Source: Dicyema japonicum (Eukaryota; Animalia; Dicyemida). Taken from it: a stretch of 64,000 nt of DNA. Of this stretch, positions 38,411 through 53,680 are shown piece by piece. The stretch's first letter is position 1. Each line of letters begins with the position of its first letter. The notes under the pieces are model-generated. The model was not told the DNA's origin, made no database searches, and saw only the letters and a list, made by a program, of their open reading frames with translations. Made by a program: the position numbers and the translations under genes. The stretch lies in the NCBI GenBank assembly GCA_011109175.1, contig RDEW01000003.1, positions 1,995,761 through 2,059,760 on the forward strand. Direction: 5' to 3'.

Positions 38411-39560
38411 ATAAAGTTACTGGAAAAATATACGGATAAAGAAATTGCGAGATCCACAGCTGATGCGGTCTGGAGTCACAGATGGAGGTGTGCAACATAT
38501 CAAAGATACCGTAACGCCACCAATATTCTGGGAATTGACCTATCAAGAGCTTTTGATACGGTTAACAGGAACAAATTAATGGGGATACTGAGCGGATTTC
38601 TTGATGAGTCGAGTCTAAGGATGACCCGAATTCTACTTTCCAACACTGAGCTCCTCGTGAGAGTCGGAAATACCTATTCAAGAAAATTTGAATCAAACAC
38701 GGGCACTCCACAAGGAGACTCTTTTTCTCCCCTATTATTCACAATTTATTTGGAAGCCGCTATGAGGGAACTTAGACCGTTATACCAAGGAAAGACGGAA
38801 GAAGTGATCTACGCGGACGATGTAGACCTAATTTCTGAAGACAAAGAGGTCCTGGAACACCTATTAGAAAAAGCACCAGATGTACTAGGGAAATGGTTTT
38901 TTACTGTGAACAGAGAGAAAACAGAACTCACAGAGATAAGAAGGATGAGTAACGTCCTAGAAGAGAAGTGGCGACAAGTAAAGAAACTCGGTTCACTTAT
39001 GGGAGATAGCGAAGATATCTTACGTAGGAAAACTCTAGCCAATGCTGCGTTATATAAACTGAAAAATCTATGGCTCAATCAAAGAGGCATCGACACGAAA
39101 ATGAGAATCCTATTATACGACTCATTCATAAAACCCGTACTTTTATATAACGCTGGAACTTGGGCGACCTCATCAGCGGATATGGAAAGACTAGACTCGT
39201 TCCACAGAGGTCAGCTGAGAAAAATAACAGGAACTACTTGGCCTACGAGAATATCGAGGAATGCTTTATATAAGAGATGCAGCACTAGACCTATCAGTTT
39301 AGAAGTACTGGAATCCCGATGGAAGCTCTTCGGACACGTGCTGAGGATGGAATTAACATCCCCACCGAACATATCTATGGAAACATACTATGTTAGTCAA
39401 GAAGGCCGCTATCGTGGAAGACCTAGAACAACACTGCCAATAGTCTTACAAAAAGACCTGGTCAATATTAAAAAAATCTAAAAAATGCCGACGACCTGGA
39501 CAACATGAGAGCCTTGGCTAGGAACAGGGGAGCATGGAAAAGGATGACATCCAACCTTGT
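38400..39560 (+). mobile_element. RTE-like RT 3' half, largely intact frame (bulk of the 405-aa ORF)
   Basis: GIDLSRAFDTV, GTPQGDSFSPLLF, YADD, KKLGS, PVLLYNAGTW, RWKLFGHVLR, RGRPRTT. Confidence 0.92.
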
Positions 39561-40599
39561 TTCTCGTGAAGTGCTTAAATAATAATAATAAAGAAATTGC
39601 CCCCAGAACACACGAGTGTATCATAGAGGCAACTGGAGGTAATTTTAGAAGAGGAGGGAAAAAAGACCCCCATCCGTATAGAAAATGTGTGGGGTCACGG
39701 TCGGAGCATCGAGAAAAGATGGCCTCTAAATCCATCGGATTATGCAGACTTCGGTACCGAATTGAGTAAATGAAACCCAAATCGAACGGCCGCCCACTTT
39801 GTCCGACATGTTTCGGACGCGGATGCTTCTAGGATTCGTCCTCAGCAAAAACAACACGAAATTTCCGGTTTTACGAGCAATAATGTCTTCCTCAACAGCT
39901 GATTGTCCAGAACAATGTGCTACCTCAATTATTGAAAGTACACGCTTTAGACTCGGTCGTGTCCCCAGAGGTGAATGGGCTATTCTCTTGGAAGGGTTCA
40001 AGTCTAAGTTTGGAGAGGAAATAACAATGCCAAGTTCAGAAAACTGATATACGTCCAAAAACGCCAACAATTACCAAGCAATGAACATGATTCGAAGGGG
40101 ACCTCAGATTCTAAGCCTGATATGTCTTCACCGTCCCTGGATCCTTAATAAACGATCACTTATGGAACAGCTGATAATTGCCGAGCAAATTGAACAAAGC
40201 TCGAGACCCCGAACCAAAAAGATTCCTTATGTCAAGATTGACAAAAACTTACTGGGTTAAAAAAAAACTTCTATGGATCAAATTTCTACTCTTATTTATG
40301 CTGGTCAAGTTACATATCAGATTTTTTTATCAAATTTTATGGTTTTATTATCAAATGAATAAAAATTAAATTAAGGCATCTGAATGACCATGCTATTTCC
40401 CCTAACAATAGCCAACGAGATACGTTCTCGGAACCAACCAGTCTCTCGCGGTTCCTTGGTCACAGCTTGAATCATGGAGCCAATCTTACGAACCAACTCA
40501 TCTGCTTGGGGGCCAAGCATATCAGATTATTTCAGTGAAAAAAATGAGTCATCAAAATGGAAAGAGAAAAAATAGAAAAGTGGAAATCATCTCTTTTGC

Positions 40600-42055
40600 T
40601 AACTAAAAAGTTTTTTATGAAGACTTTGTCAACCGAGGAAAAACCTTTGGCTTGTCACACATCATCGTTAGTGGGATAAAAAAAAACCATGGTGAAAGAG
40701 AGCGAGGATTACTTTTACATTGAAGATAAAATTAAAATTCTCGAAAAGAAATTGTGTTTATCTGAATCCGCAAGAAATTTCGCCTTGATAATCATCGAAT
40801 TAAATCGAAGATCATTTTACAGAAACCTAACCCCTACGGCAAATAATGTCACTACGTCTATTGATAATGAAAAATGTGCAGACTTTTGAAAAGAATTATG
40901 GAAAAGGAGGAGTCTAAATTCGGAAAGTTTTAATATCGAAAAAAATGACTGGTGATGAAAATGTGTCTGTTAAAGTCTCGAAAAACGTGTTTGAACAAAC
41001 GATTCAATATTGGAAGGCCCTAGGTTGTGATGGGATCTACAATTTCTTCCAGAAATTTTTGCATCGTTGCATGAATTTATATATACTGGAATGTTTAGGA
41101 TTGTAAACGGAGAGTACGTCCCTGGAAACTGGTTTTTTACTGGAATTACGTACTTGATCCAAAATGCGAAGCCCCACAGTCGCCAAGGATCCCCTGTTAC
41201 ATGCATGTCGTCACTCTATAAACTTATGACAAAGTGTATCAATGCCAAGCTAGCGGATTACGTGGAAGCGTTTGGCCTTCTTTCTGAAAACCAGATGGGA
41301 ACAAGGAAGAGATGTCAGGATGCTAAAGAACAGGCATTAGTCAATAAATCAATAAAGTAAATGGAGGTGGACTATATGCTGCATGGATTGATGTCAAAAA
41401 AGCATCTGCTCGGTTGACCACAACTTTGTAATGGAAGTCCTTGAAAAATCCGGAATCCCCGAATGGAGTATTAAAGTTGTGAGATTACTGATTATGCATT
41501 GGAGAGTAAACTAATGTTGAATAATGAAAATATTCGTGATATTCAGACTGAAAGGGGAATTTTGCAGGGGGTGGTCTATCCCCCATGTTATTTGTCTTGT
41601 GCTTGACCCACTTAGCCGTTTATTGACATATAAGTATCCAAAAGTCTCCGTTTTACATGATGATCAGTCTGTCTCGTCATTCTCTCTAACCAAACTAACT
41701 AACTCCTTGATTCTGACTCGTTCCAGGGTTCTAGAACTTGTCCCCGGGGAAAGAATAGTGGATCCTATTGATGCCGGCCAGGCATTGGGCGTCTCCTCAG
41801 TAAGGTGGATCCAATGACGCCATCAAAGGGAGGGAAAATAATTATTGACATACTAGCCACATAGCACCACGTGGCCAAATTAAATGATGGATAATGTTAA
41901 TTTGTACTTCAGTGCTGTGGGTCTGGAAAGAATCTAGAAAAGTCCGCTACAAATATCTTGTTATCAAACGAAGCCAAGTTGTTAGAGGGAATGGATGGAT
42001 ATAAATACCTCGGTGTATTGGAAGGTCCTCCGACAAATTCAAAAGCCAGAAATGT
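40600..42055 (+). mobile_element. Decayed R4/Dong-like RT interrupted by a family 2 short element
   Basis: LGCDGIYNF, PVTCMSSLYKLMT, LSENQMG..K...AKEQALVN, AWIDVKKA, YKYLG. Confidence 0.75.
41684..41876 (-). mobile_element. Family 2-related short element copy C (same head and pseudoknot, different tail)
   Basis: Head gtggtgctatgtggcta matches copy B gtggtgctttgtggcta. Core at 41760-41821; tail ends in (TTAG)n-like repeats. Confidence 0.7.
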
Positions 42056-42143
42056 TAAATTTAATATACGTTATTAGGTCTTATCGGTCATATTTCGTCT
42101 GGCTAAGGTAACGAATCGGGATTGCCATATTGCCGCATTAAAA

Positions 42144-42290
42144 GAACTGGATCGTCTATAAAGGACATAAACCCAAGAAAATGAAAACAAAGAAGTGTAG
42201 AGCATTCCTCGATTAGCTACAATAACTATTATTTGCTTAAAATAAAGTGCGTGTTCTGCCTGCGGGAAGCGATAACAGATATGGTTAAGA
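42144..42290 (+). mobile_element. 3' half of SINE family 1, 5'-truncated
   Basis: gaactggatcgtctataaaggaca...aaataaagtgcgtgttctgcctg aligns to 26547-26700. Confidence 0.7.
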
Positions 42291-44554
42291 GAATGTAGTT
42301 TCTATCCATGAACACCTCTAGGCTATCCCAAATGCCAAGCCAAAGTCACAGCCAATAGGTGCTTGAGTCTGAACAGATTCGTGAAGCACAGTCAGTAGGG
42401 GCCGGTGATCAAATCATATATTGAAAAAAGGACAAGTAAAATGCCATTAAAAGATATCAAAAATACGAATTTAAAAGAGTTTTGTCCAGAATTTTTTTGA
42501 AACTTATTGAAATGTCATAGAACAACTATTTTAGTAAAAAAAAGTTGTACCACGTTAAGTAAAATGCTCGAAAAGGATTGAAACTTTAATGATAAAAATG
42601 TTAAAAATTATTTCAATAAATTTGATTAAAATTAATTTAAAAACATTAATTATCCGAAATTAATAAGTCATATTTGATTTTTGAAATCTTAGTTATATTT
42701 TTAAGGTCATAATTCAATCATTTTTAGGTCATATTTGTGGTGCCCTACTTACTACAATTTGTCAGTAGGGAAATTTTTTTATGGCAGCTAAATTTCAAAA
42801 ATGTCAGCTAAAATGGCATTTATGGCATCAAAAACAAATTATGACATTTAAAATCCACGTGGGGCCAAAGTTATCGTAGTTTTATGTGGCTACATGAATT
42901 GAAAATTATTTGTTTGATTCTTCTGTTCCTCCCCTTCCCTTTTGGCTTCAGGGAGCTTAAATCGTTCGCGTGCGTCATGTGGTTCACCATCTCTGGTGGC
43001 GTAAGATATAATCTCAAATTATATTCAAAAAGAACCATTAGTCAACAACTATCCAGAGGAGTTCCCCCTGGACGACACTTCCTTCAAGTCCTAACATGCG
43101 AAGACTGCTGAGGGAAGCCGGTATCACCTGAATTTTTTCATTCCTGCTATGACGGTGTTTTTCTGGTTCAATAAATTTAAATTTAAAAGTCAAAAATGGC
43201 ATGGATAACCTCTTAAAACATTTTTAATTAATTTTATATAATTTAACTCATTAATAAAAAATGACTGATTCCTGGTATTTTACTAAAACTCCTTGGACTA
43301 TTGCGATCGATGCAATCACAGTGATTTTTCACTATTCAATAACATGAATACAATTCCAACTATCTGGAAACTGTCCTATATACGCCAATCCTTAAGCCTA
43401 AGGACAATTCCTGCATCATTTCCACCAATCTCTTTACTATGCACCTTATCAAAGTTATTGGAAAATTGATTCTTAACCTTGTAACCTGTCCCTTCCTTTT
43501 TCGTCCTGACAACATAGATTCAGAAGGGGTCATTCAATTTCTACCCACCTAACTTCCCTCAACCAATTTATCATTGAAGGCTTTAACACAAGTAGGCGTC
43601 AAGCTCATCAGAGTTCCCATATCTCAAGGTCTTATATCTTCTTCCTGGAGGGACCTATGATCAAGATGAGCATAGATCAAGACAGCAACCACGTATTCCC
43701 AAAAAGGTCAGGCATGTGGAGGTAAATACTACTTAATTCTTATCTTTTTTGTAACTTCGTAAGAATAAAATTTTTGAGTTCACAAACTAACGAATGAACT
43801 GACGACGTGGCAAAATTCTGGCGTAGACGATTACCAACACCTCCACAAATTGGATGTTTTTCTTGTTCACCAATTTGAATTGATTTCTTATCGAGATCGG
43901 AGGGAGGGATCCATATCATTTGAGCTACCAACTTCATTTTCAATGTATTATTGCTTTATTCTTAGTTCCTTCCCCCATAACTTTGTATTGTAACAGCAAC
44001 AATTATGGAATCCTCTTACCTAACCGAATGGGAAGGAGAAGGTGAAATTACCGAATAACGTCCCCCGAAACAGGTGGCGAATTATAGCCAAGATTATCAT
44101 AATCAGATTTGGGCTGATTTAAACTGCTTACCAAGATTACTGGAGATTGCTGTAAGTAAGCACCCACAAAGTAGCCAAAAAGACCAGCAAATAAGCTCGT
44201 CGTTACAGGTTATGGATTCCTCGGGGATGACAGCCAATGAACCCTAAAGGAGATTTAGAGAGTATAAATAAACTCTAATCCTCGAGCAAAGAGGACGGTG
44301 ACGAAGAGTCCAGGAAACGTAAAGGAAGAATTCAGGCGTAATGACGTTTTTCGCATACTAAGTAGCCTTAACTACAAAAGTGGTGGAGAACAGCAGGTCC
44401 ACTAAACCAAGTTCGCACAATCTCAAGGTGCACCAAACTAAATGGAGAAAGCGTCCTTAGCTAAACTAGCGAATACTCACAAAATAAAGGCTAAACCAGC
44501 ATAAATCCTTATAAAGTGTAATAACTACTCCAGAAGATCAAATCTTCAGATGAA

Positions 44555-45809
44555 TTAGACCGCCCAAACGGCAAACCTACCTTCCACAGACATGGCGGCC
44601 ACCTTCTTCACATTATCACGAGATCCCTCAAACCATTTTATGTCTCTTAAACATCAACCAAATCCACAAACAGTATTGTATTCGAATGTACGGTTTTGGC
44701 TGTCACCACGTTATCCTCCTGGGCAGTTCTGTCCAAATTCTTGAACTTATTCATCGCTGACTGTTCGGACACGGCAACCGCCTTTGGTTTGTCCAAATCC
44801 GCCAATTTCTTCAGGTTTCCGTCACGGAATTCGTACTTTGATGGGACAAAATCAAACCCCTATGAATCACCAACTGGTCATACTCCCCCAACAATCTCTG
44901 TATTGCTGGTCCACATAATACATTTCAGTGGTAAACTGGTCAAACTGAGAGTTTTCACTCTAAAATGACCCACGTGGTTATACAGTGATTTGGTGGACAT
45001 CTCTATGACATTCAATGTCGCATCATGGGAACAGAAGGCCAGGAACATCCCAGATGGAGAGAACTTCACATCGTTAATGAACCCACAGTAGGGACTCTCC
45101 ACTTCCAGGTACATCTCCCCAAACTTTCCCTTCTCAGCCATCACTGACGAGGGGTCGAGTTCTTTCGTATAGGTGGAGAAGACTCTAAAGATGAAACGGA
45201 GAGGGAACCTCACATGGGAGTCCGTTGACCCACAAGCAAGCATGATCTCATCTGGATGCCAGTCCACACTAGGAATCAGGGAAACTGAGGACCAAGTAAT
45301 GGTAGACAGAATTGGCTTCTTTATTCGCTTCCCAGTGTACCAGTTGTCGACTTTTTGGTAAAAACAGACGGAGATGACCTTGTCACTGCACCCAACTCCC
45401 AATTTCTGGCCTTTTGGGGACACTGAGGCACAGCAGGCACTGTACTTGATCCCCAAAACCACCAATTGGGGTACCCACTTTCCGTTTTCAAGGGACCAAA
45501 CGAAAGCATTTCTATCCTGAAAGACATAGGGGATAATCCAAACTGATGAACAGGAGAGGAACTTCTCTTCATTGGGGTACCAGCTCAGTCTGGTTACTGT
45601 TTGGGTGTGCTGAAGCAGGGTCTCTGAATACTCCCACTTTTTGCCGTTGAGTTTATAGAGGCGAATTTCCTTGTTGCAGGGGGAGACAACGAGGACTAAA
45701 AAGTAATCAAGAAGATTAATAGGGTCAGGGGATTACACTCACTTGTTGAATTGTTGTTCAAGGCAAAGCAGGAAACACTAGTAACATCGAGTTGATAAAC
45801 CTCGCACAT
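44555..45809 (-). CDS. ARPC1: Arp2/3 complex subunit 1 (p41)
   Basis: MCEVYQLDVTSVSCFALN..., DRNAFVWSLENGKWVPQLVVL, DKVISVCFYQKVDNWYTGKRIKKPILSTIT, DWHPD..LACGSTD, FSPSG..LAFCSHD; ends EGRFAVWAV*. First intron is 47 nt, the others about 24-27 nt. Confidence 0.93.
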
Positions 45810-47404
45810 GATGAGATCTAAGTTAGGTTATTAAATTCAAACCACTAATATACCACAATTAATGTCTAATATGGAAATTTATTGAATTTTTGAATTTAAT
45901 TAATATTTTATTTAAATTGTAAAATAATTTTTATATTATAATTTATTATTAATTTTATCAAATATTTTGTTAAATATGCAAATGTAATTTCATTTCATTT
46001 AAAGTTAAATTATTTATTGAATTCGTTTTAATATTATTAATTTTAATTAAAAAATGATTTCACCACCGCACTTCTAGGCTGATAATCATAAATCTGGCCA
46101 CTTCTTTGTCTAAAAGGGCTAAAAATATTCTCTATAACTAATAATTACAAATATTCAACAGATTTAGTGAGAGGGGCTAAGAATTTCCACCTCAGATGAT
46201 ACATACGAATTTGTCGATCGTGCCAGTGAACTATTACAGGTCATTTATAACGATTAAAGAACATACGCATATGTTCAATTGCAGGCATTAAGAAACCACA
46301 GAGAATCTGAGAGTCTTTTGATGCCAGTGATGTTGTGTTATTGAACCTAAGATGAACGATATTCTCAAGGTTGTCAAGAAAGAGTGTATAAGTGAGGGAC
46401 ATGAGGATACGTAGATTTGTCAGAAAATCAATGCCAAGTAATATAAAAATATGAACAATAAGAGTTTTTAAAGAAAGTGACCTTAATAGGATTGTTTTAA
46501 TTAGATTAGTTAATTGGATTAAATAATTTAATAAATAATTTAATTAATTATGATATTGTTTAAAGCCATTCATTGAAGACATCAACTAGAACTACTTGTG
46601 GAGAAATATCTGAGGAGTACTCACACCCATCACTTGTACAAGCGCAACATTGGATTTGAAGACTTGTGGCAATCTCGTGAAATTTCCTGCTGTAAGAAAG
46701 CTTCACGAGCTGGCATTCTTTGAGGGGTCCGAGAAGACAGACATTATTGTTGTTTACAAAACAAAAACAAAGGAGGAGTTACTAGCTGCAGATGGATACC
46801 AAGTTATATCTTCGACTGGAGAGTGGGGACGCTAATTCAACGGTTTGCATCTTCGAGTTCGGAATTCGAGGATAGTTTTCGAATTTTTAGATTGAAGTGT
46901 TCTGCTCTGATGGGGGGATTTCAGTCGATGGACTGTTTTCAAAGAGTCTAGAGAAATGCACTGATGAGATCACAGATTTTTTTTCAGTATACAAAATAAT
47001 CAACTGTGATTGAAGATATTAACTCCAAAACAAGAGCTTTGGATGTGGGAAGACAAAACAAGATTAATGGTTATTAAAGACCCTATCTGACTAGAATGGA
47101 TTTTGCGTCTTAACGTCTGATGAGATCAGTCACTTCTCACCTTATAGAAGGGATAAAGTATGATTGTTTCGTGTTAATATGACGAGAGGTAGGAAACGAA
47201 AAGACCCTCAGGGGAGTTCATAGGTTACAATGTCACTTCGGGGAATTGAAATCAATACAGGATGTTCGTCGCCACTAGGTTGACTGACTTCCGAGATCTC
47301 TCTTGACGACGAGGGCCATCTACCAAAGAATTGTGGAAATAAAGGACAAGCGCACAAAACAAAAATAACAGAAAGAAGTCGCCTATGGTCAAAATTGCGA
47401 CGAT

Positions 47405-48210
47405 GACCCACTAGGCAACCATGGCTCTTTGAGCTTTTTATGTGGCTTTATCAAATATCACAAATGATTACTTACACCTCCAATAATACATTTTTTAAAT
47501 AGTGTTTTATGTATATTTTAGACTATATATAATTTAGATGCTATTTTATATTAAATTGTTATTTTTATTTAAATTATTACATATTTTTGCATATTTTAAT
47601 TTTAAAAATAAATTCTGTTTTTGGCTCTTTAATTATTCCTAAAAATAAGAAAATAAGTAAAAAAAAACGAATAGAAAACGTCTTTTTAACCTCAGTGGAC
47701 TGAGACTTTTGTCATATCTCCTCTGCCACGAAACATAAAACCATAACAAAAAGTTAAATAAAATTGAAAGTTCAATACTTAATTATTGGAGGCAGTCTCC
47801 CAGGGCTACTAATATTGAAGCTTCACCGTCAGTCATGAGATTGCAAAAATGGGAAAACATTCACAGATGGTTAATAAGTCAAATCCCGTTTTCTAAAATT
47901 GTCACAAGAACTATTCCAAAATTTTACGAATAAAACAGATATTTTAAATCAAATTAAAAATACACCGTATGAATTTGATCAAATCAAAACTAAGAGGTCA
48001 AATTACTGATACAAATTTGAAATCTTGCCTTGTTAAAATAACAAGTTACGACCGAGACATAACACTATTGGTGAAGGTAATTCAGGGTCAATTATCTCTT
48101 TAATTAGATTAAATATAATTTTTTATGTTTTAATATTTTAAAAAGTAGCTCTTCAATTTAATTGCCAAAAAAACCAAAATTGGCTCTTTGCTTAGGCGGA
48201 TAAATCCTGT
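47405..48210. mobile_element. Probable non-autonomous hAT/Charlie-like MITE
   Basis: Subterminal tggctctt motifs at about 47422, 47621 and 48181 resemble aagagcca after the CAGGGGTCGG end at 56131. Confidence 0.35.
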
Positions 48211-48289
48211 CGAAAAAAATATCCATCGGTAATACTCGGTGTCTACACGCAGATCGCAGTTCAGAAAATTAACTTGGTAACAAAGGAAT

Positions 48290-49060
48290 GCTCCAATGAC
48301 GTTCCTGTCCTTGACTACATAAAGATGAAGCTTTTTAAAGAAGGATCAGTGACTCTAATGAAAACCTTATATTTGATGCCAGTATTAAACTTGCATACAT
48401 CCTTTGCTGGTGAAAAAAACAGTTTCCACTAAGCGAAGAACTTTTTGTCGGGACGGAACTCATTTATTAAATATGGTAGATTTCTGTCAGAACTGGTGGA
48501 GCTGAAAAGAGGAGTCTTAAAGGATTTAGCGTTCAGCCCTTTACTACTCAACATCCTCATTGATGACATATTTCTACCGAGGACACCGAGAATGGAAATT
48601 CTTATCCATGCGGGTGATGTCCTGGTTTCAGATGCATCCTTGACCATCTCAGCTGATAAAATTAATGCTATAACTTTTGAAAATTCAAAGCAACGCGTTG
48701 TGGAACATAAAAGATGTCGTTAACTTACATTATCTTGGAAAGTTGATTGGAAAACAGAGGGTTTTATGAAATGTATCAAAATGAGAAGGCTTTCAAAGCA
48801 CTTCTCTGCATTCGGGGGTTGTGTGTGAGGAGAAATACCTCCCTCCTCATTTTTCGGGAGTGATACGGCCTACTTTACTTTATGAATGCGGGTGGTGGTT
48901 CTTTTCGTTGATAAAGGGAAGACCGAGAAAACTATAGAGATGCAACAAATAATTCTTAAGTGAGCAATAGAAGCTTCTTATACCGGATCGATAGTTTCAA
49001 GGGGAGATCAAAGATCCGGGACTCGTACGTAATACTGAGGCTTAATTAAAGGGAAGGGGG
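48290..49060 (+). mobile_element. Decayed LINE RT fragment
   Basis: RGVLKDLAFSPLLLNILIDD...EILIHAGDV parallels the 10.4-10.7 kb RT. Confidence 0.6.
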
Positions 49061-49089
49061 TTGAGGTGAAGTGTCCAAGCCCCAATATA

Positions 49090-49870
49090 TTTTAATTTTT
49101 AGTATAACTCAGGAAACACAGAGGAAGAAGGTAACGGTAACCAAACTAATGAAGTGACCCCAGTTCCCCTTATTACTCTCGCTATTTTCGTCATGTGCTC
49201 ATCGAGGGACACCATCGCTTCCTGGAAGTGTCTGTGCTTGTGTCTACACAGAAAGTCGATGGGAGACGGATGTCTGAGGGAAGGTAGTCTATTTTCAGAT
49301 CGCGCCACGGATGAGCATAGGGGATTCCCTTGTTCTAGGCAGAACTGAAGGAATCCGCAGCCAATCCTTCAAATTGACGGCTCTGACAGTACAATAATGA
49401 GAGTGGGATCTGTTCAACTCCTTAAAAACATAATTTTTGTTCAAGGAGTTGATTTTGTCCAAAGACAACGCTGAGAGTGGATACTTCCATGAAGCAGATG
49501 CATATTCTATAGGGGAACAACGGTTTGTCTGTATAATGTGCGTATGCAATCAATTTCCTTGAGGACATTCAACTTCTGGAGTCCATTCGTAAGGATTTGG
49601 TCGGCATGCTTTTTGAAGGTAATCAGGTCACCCCAAGGATTTTTTGGTTCTTTGAAACGGTTGTAGGTATATATCCCATGCGGACCTCGGGAACATCCTT
49701 GTAGCGGAGATCCGACGTGAATAGAGGGTATTTAGTTATTGATGATGACACAGACAGTTTCATAGTACAATCCAGCTACATTGGACAACCGCGACCGCCA
49801 TGGAGGGGAACTATTCCAAAGGCGACGATTGAATCATCTGCATAGCACACGAGTAGTGTGTTCTGGTCAT
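49090..49870 (-). mobile_element. Decayed LINE 3' fragment
   Basis: VCYADD, PKKSLG, KKHADQI...LNVLK, PIEYASASW. Confidence 0.55.
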
Positions 49871-50367
49871 TAATCTGCGGGACATCGTGAAGGAACAGAT
49901 TGAATAATCACTAGGAAAGAGTATAGCTCCATTTCGATCCTGACCTGCTGTTCGCCATGCATACTCTCCCGCACCGCCCGGAGAGGAAGCGGATGCTCCC
50001 AGAAATCCGACAGGTATATTTGATTCTGTAGAGAACTAAAATGTGAACCCAGACTGGAGGTGTCAGTTTTCTGGTCGTCAAGAAAGCACGATGGGCATAG
50101 TGGAGAGGGACAATTATTCAATCCTGCACAGATATGAATGAGGTTGCATTGTATCAACATATCCATAAAAAGAATATGACCAAAAAGCCACCAGCGAGAC
50201 TTTATCACTTCTTCCTTATCGGCCCACATTTACATAGTTTTATTTAATTTCTTTGACCAGTGGGCCACAAAAAATTTTAAATATTTTTATTCATTTATAA
50301 TATTTAATATATATTTGATTGATTTCGATTTTTAAATATCGTATATTAATTCTTGTGGTTCATTGAA

Positions 50368-51967
<1,600 letters not shown>

Positions 51968-53019
51968 TTATTTGATTCTTTAACTTAATTTATTATTTGT
52001 ATTTTTTACTTCTTTTTCCTTATTTTACTGATAATATTGGGGATAGTGCATCTGTAGTTTTGACGTTCAACGTCCTTGCCTGCAATAGGTCTCATCGAAG
52101 GATCTGTTATTGGGAACGTAAGTAACTCAAATTCTTCGATATTATTGACCATAGCGATCTTAGAAAGAGACTGTCTTGGCCGAAGATCTCAATCGTATCG
52201 AAATTGGAATCTGGTGGAGAGGCTGTAGTATTTTCTTATTTTAGAATTATCAATGCTCGTGCTGCCTCCCCAGCTTTCAACGCGAAGTTTGAAAATCTTG
52301 ACTGGGAAATGGTGTCTGTGTATGCCCCATCCCAAATCAGGCATTTCCATCATTACGATCCAGGCCTACAAGTTCCAAAGATGACGAGAATTTAGTCGCC
52401 CCAAGAGAGCGCTTCACGACTACGTTAATGATGGAATGCCTCAGGAACTTCCCACTGAGTCGGAAAGAAAGGGTAAAACCCTATGTGGTCCACGACAGAA
52501 GGTCGACATCCTGATCAAAAAAAAACCAATTGAAAAAAGAGCGTTATATAAGGTTTCCCGACCAATAGCGTCACTAAATTTTTAAGGGTATAACAACTTT
52601 TCTTTAATTTTTCTCATTTTCAGCCCCTTCCCTGGAGACATAGCTTTTTTCTATTTGCTAAATACAGTTTTCCATTTGCTCAATTGAGAAATGATGAGTA
52701 AGTAGTAATGGAAAATGGAGGTTTGCTATTTCAATCAATTATTTGATGTCCGTATAATGGCGAATATAAGCATTATCATAAAGATCGAGTTTTTAATTCC
52801 CTCTTCATAACAAAGATTTTTACAGATTACAGATGGTCTCTACAAGAATGTAGACATAAAATCCTGAAACAGCTCTTCCATGTCTTGTTTTTAAGATACT
52901 GAAAATCCGACCTCACTATGAGTCAAATCTGGATAAGACTGATTAGTCAAGTAGAATATTCCAATTAATTTTTAAATAATTTACTCTTTATTAAAAAATA
53001 CAAAAATCAATTAAAAAAT

Positions 53020-53140
53020 AATCCCCGCCGACATAGTCGACGTTGCGTTGGCTCTCACGATTGCAACAGAGATCATTAGAGAAGTCAAGGAGTCTCATGT
53101 TCGTCGTGACTTTATAGTGCAGCCAGGCGTCCCAGTTCCA
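53020..53140 (-). mobile_element. CRE-like RLE 3' fragment
   Basis: Matches 17290-17400 (ISVAIVR.NA). Confidence 0.7.
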
Positions 53141-53680
53141 ATAAATTAAATCTTAAATGAGACACAGAAATACACATACCTGTGTATTTATATACTTTAT
53201 AATAAAATTAAATGAACAAAAATTCCCTCCGATTCCTTTGCGCCTTCAACACTGGATTTCGTGAGTCGTATAGGGCAGCCATGCCCAAAGGGGAGCCACA
53301 GATAATTAGATTTAATAAAAAATTGGTGAAAATTAGTATATTATTTTATTTTTGAGTTCATGTTCGAAGTCTTCTCATCTCCCGTTTCTGAACTTTCGTT
53401 TAATAATAAAATTGTTTATATTTTTAATTAATTTTTTTTCCACGCTAGTATTCTTATATGATTTACTTTGTTGTTAACTTTTTATCACATAATCTTTGCT
53501 TTTTGGAAGAAAGATTACAAGCGATACAAAGGGGTGTCACTTGTAATGAAATTGAACCACATTTGGCTTCAGTAAAGCAGTATTAATTACAAAAATGAGG
53601 AATAGACTCGATGTTGTCAATAGAGGTGATCTACGCTTATCATGGTCAAATATTGAGCCGGATGTAACTAAGTTGGTAAT

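Larger units (their letters stand above)
37778..42747. mobile_element. hAT-like element expanded to 5 kb by nested retroelement insertions
   Basis: Termini tagggcacacaaa / tttgtggtgcccta, imperfect 8-bp TSD cttattat/cttactac, subterminal gtcatat repeats at both ends, and a transposase C-terminal-like remnant at about 42490-42610. Confidence 0.6.

Noticed and set aside
38264-39481. 405-aa ORF as a domesticated or active RT gene
   Set aside because: It is a chance in-frame junction of two LINE fragments and lacks the endonuclease and the N-terminal RT motifs.
46060-47100. Plus-strand host gene
   Set aside because: There are a few intron-like segments, but no coherent spliced frame or recognisable motif.
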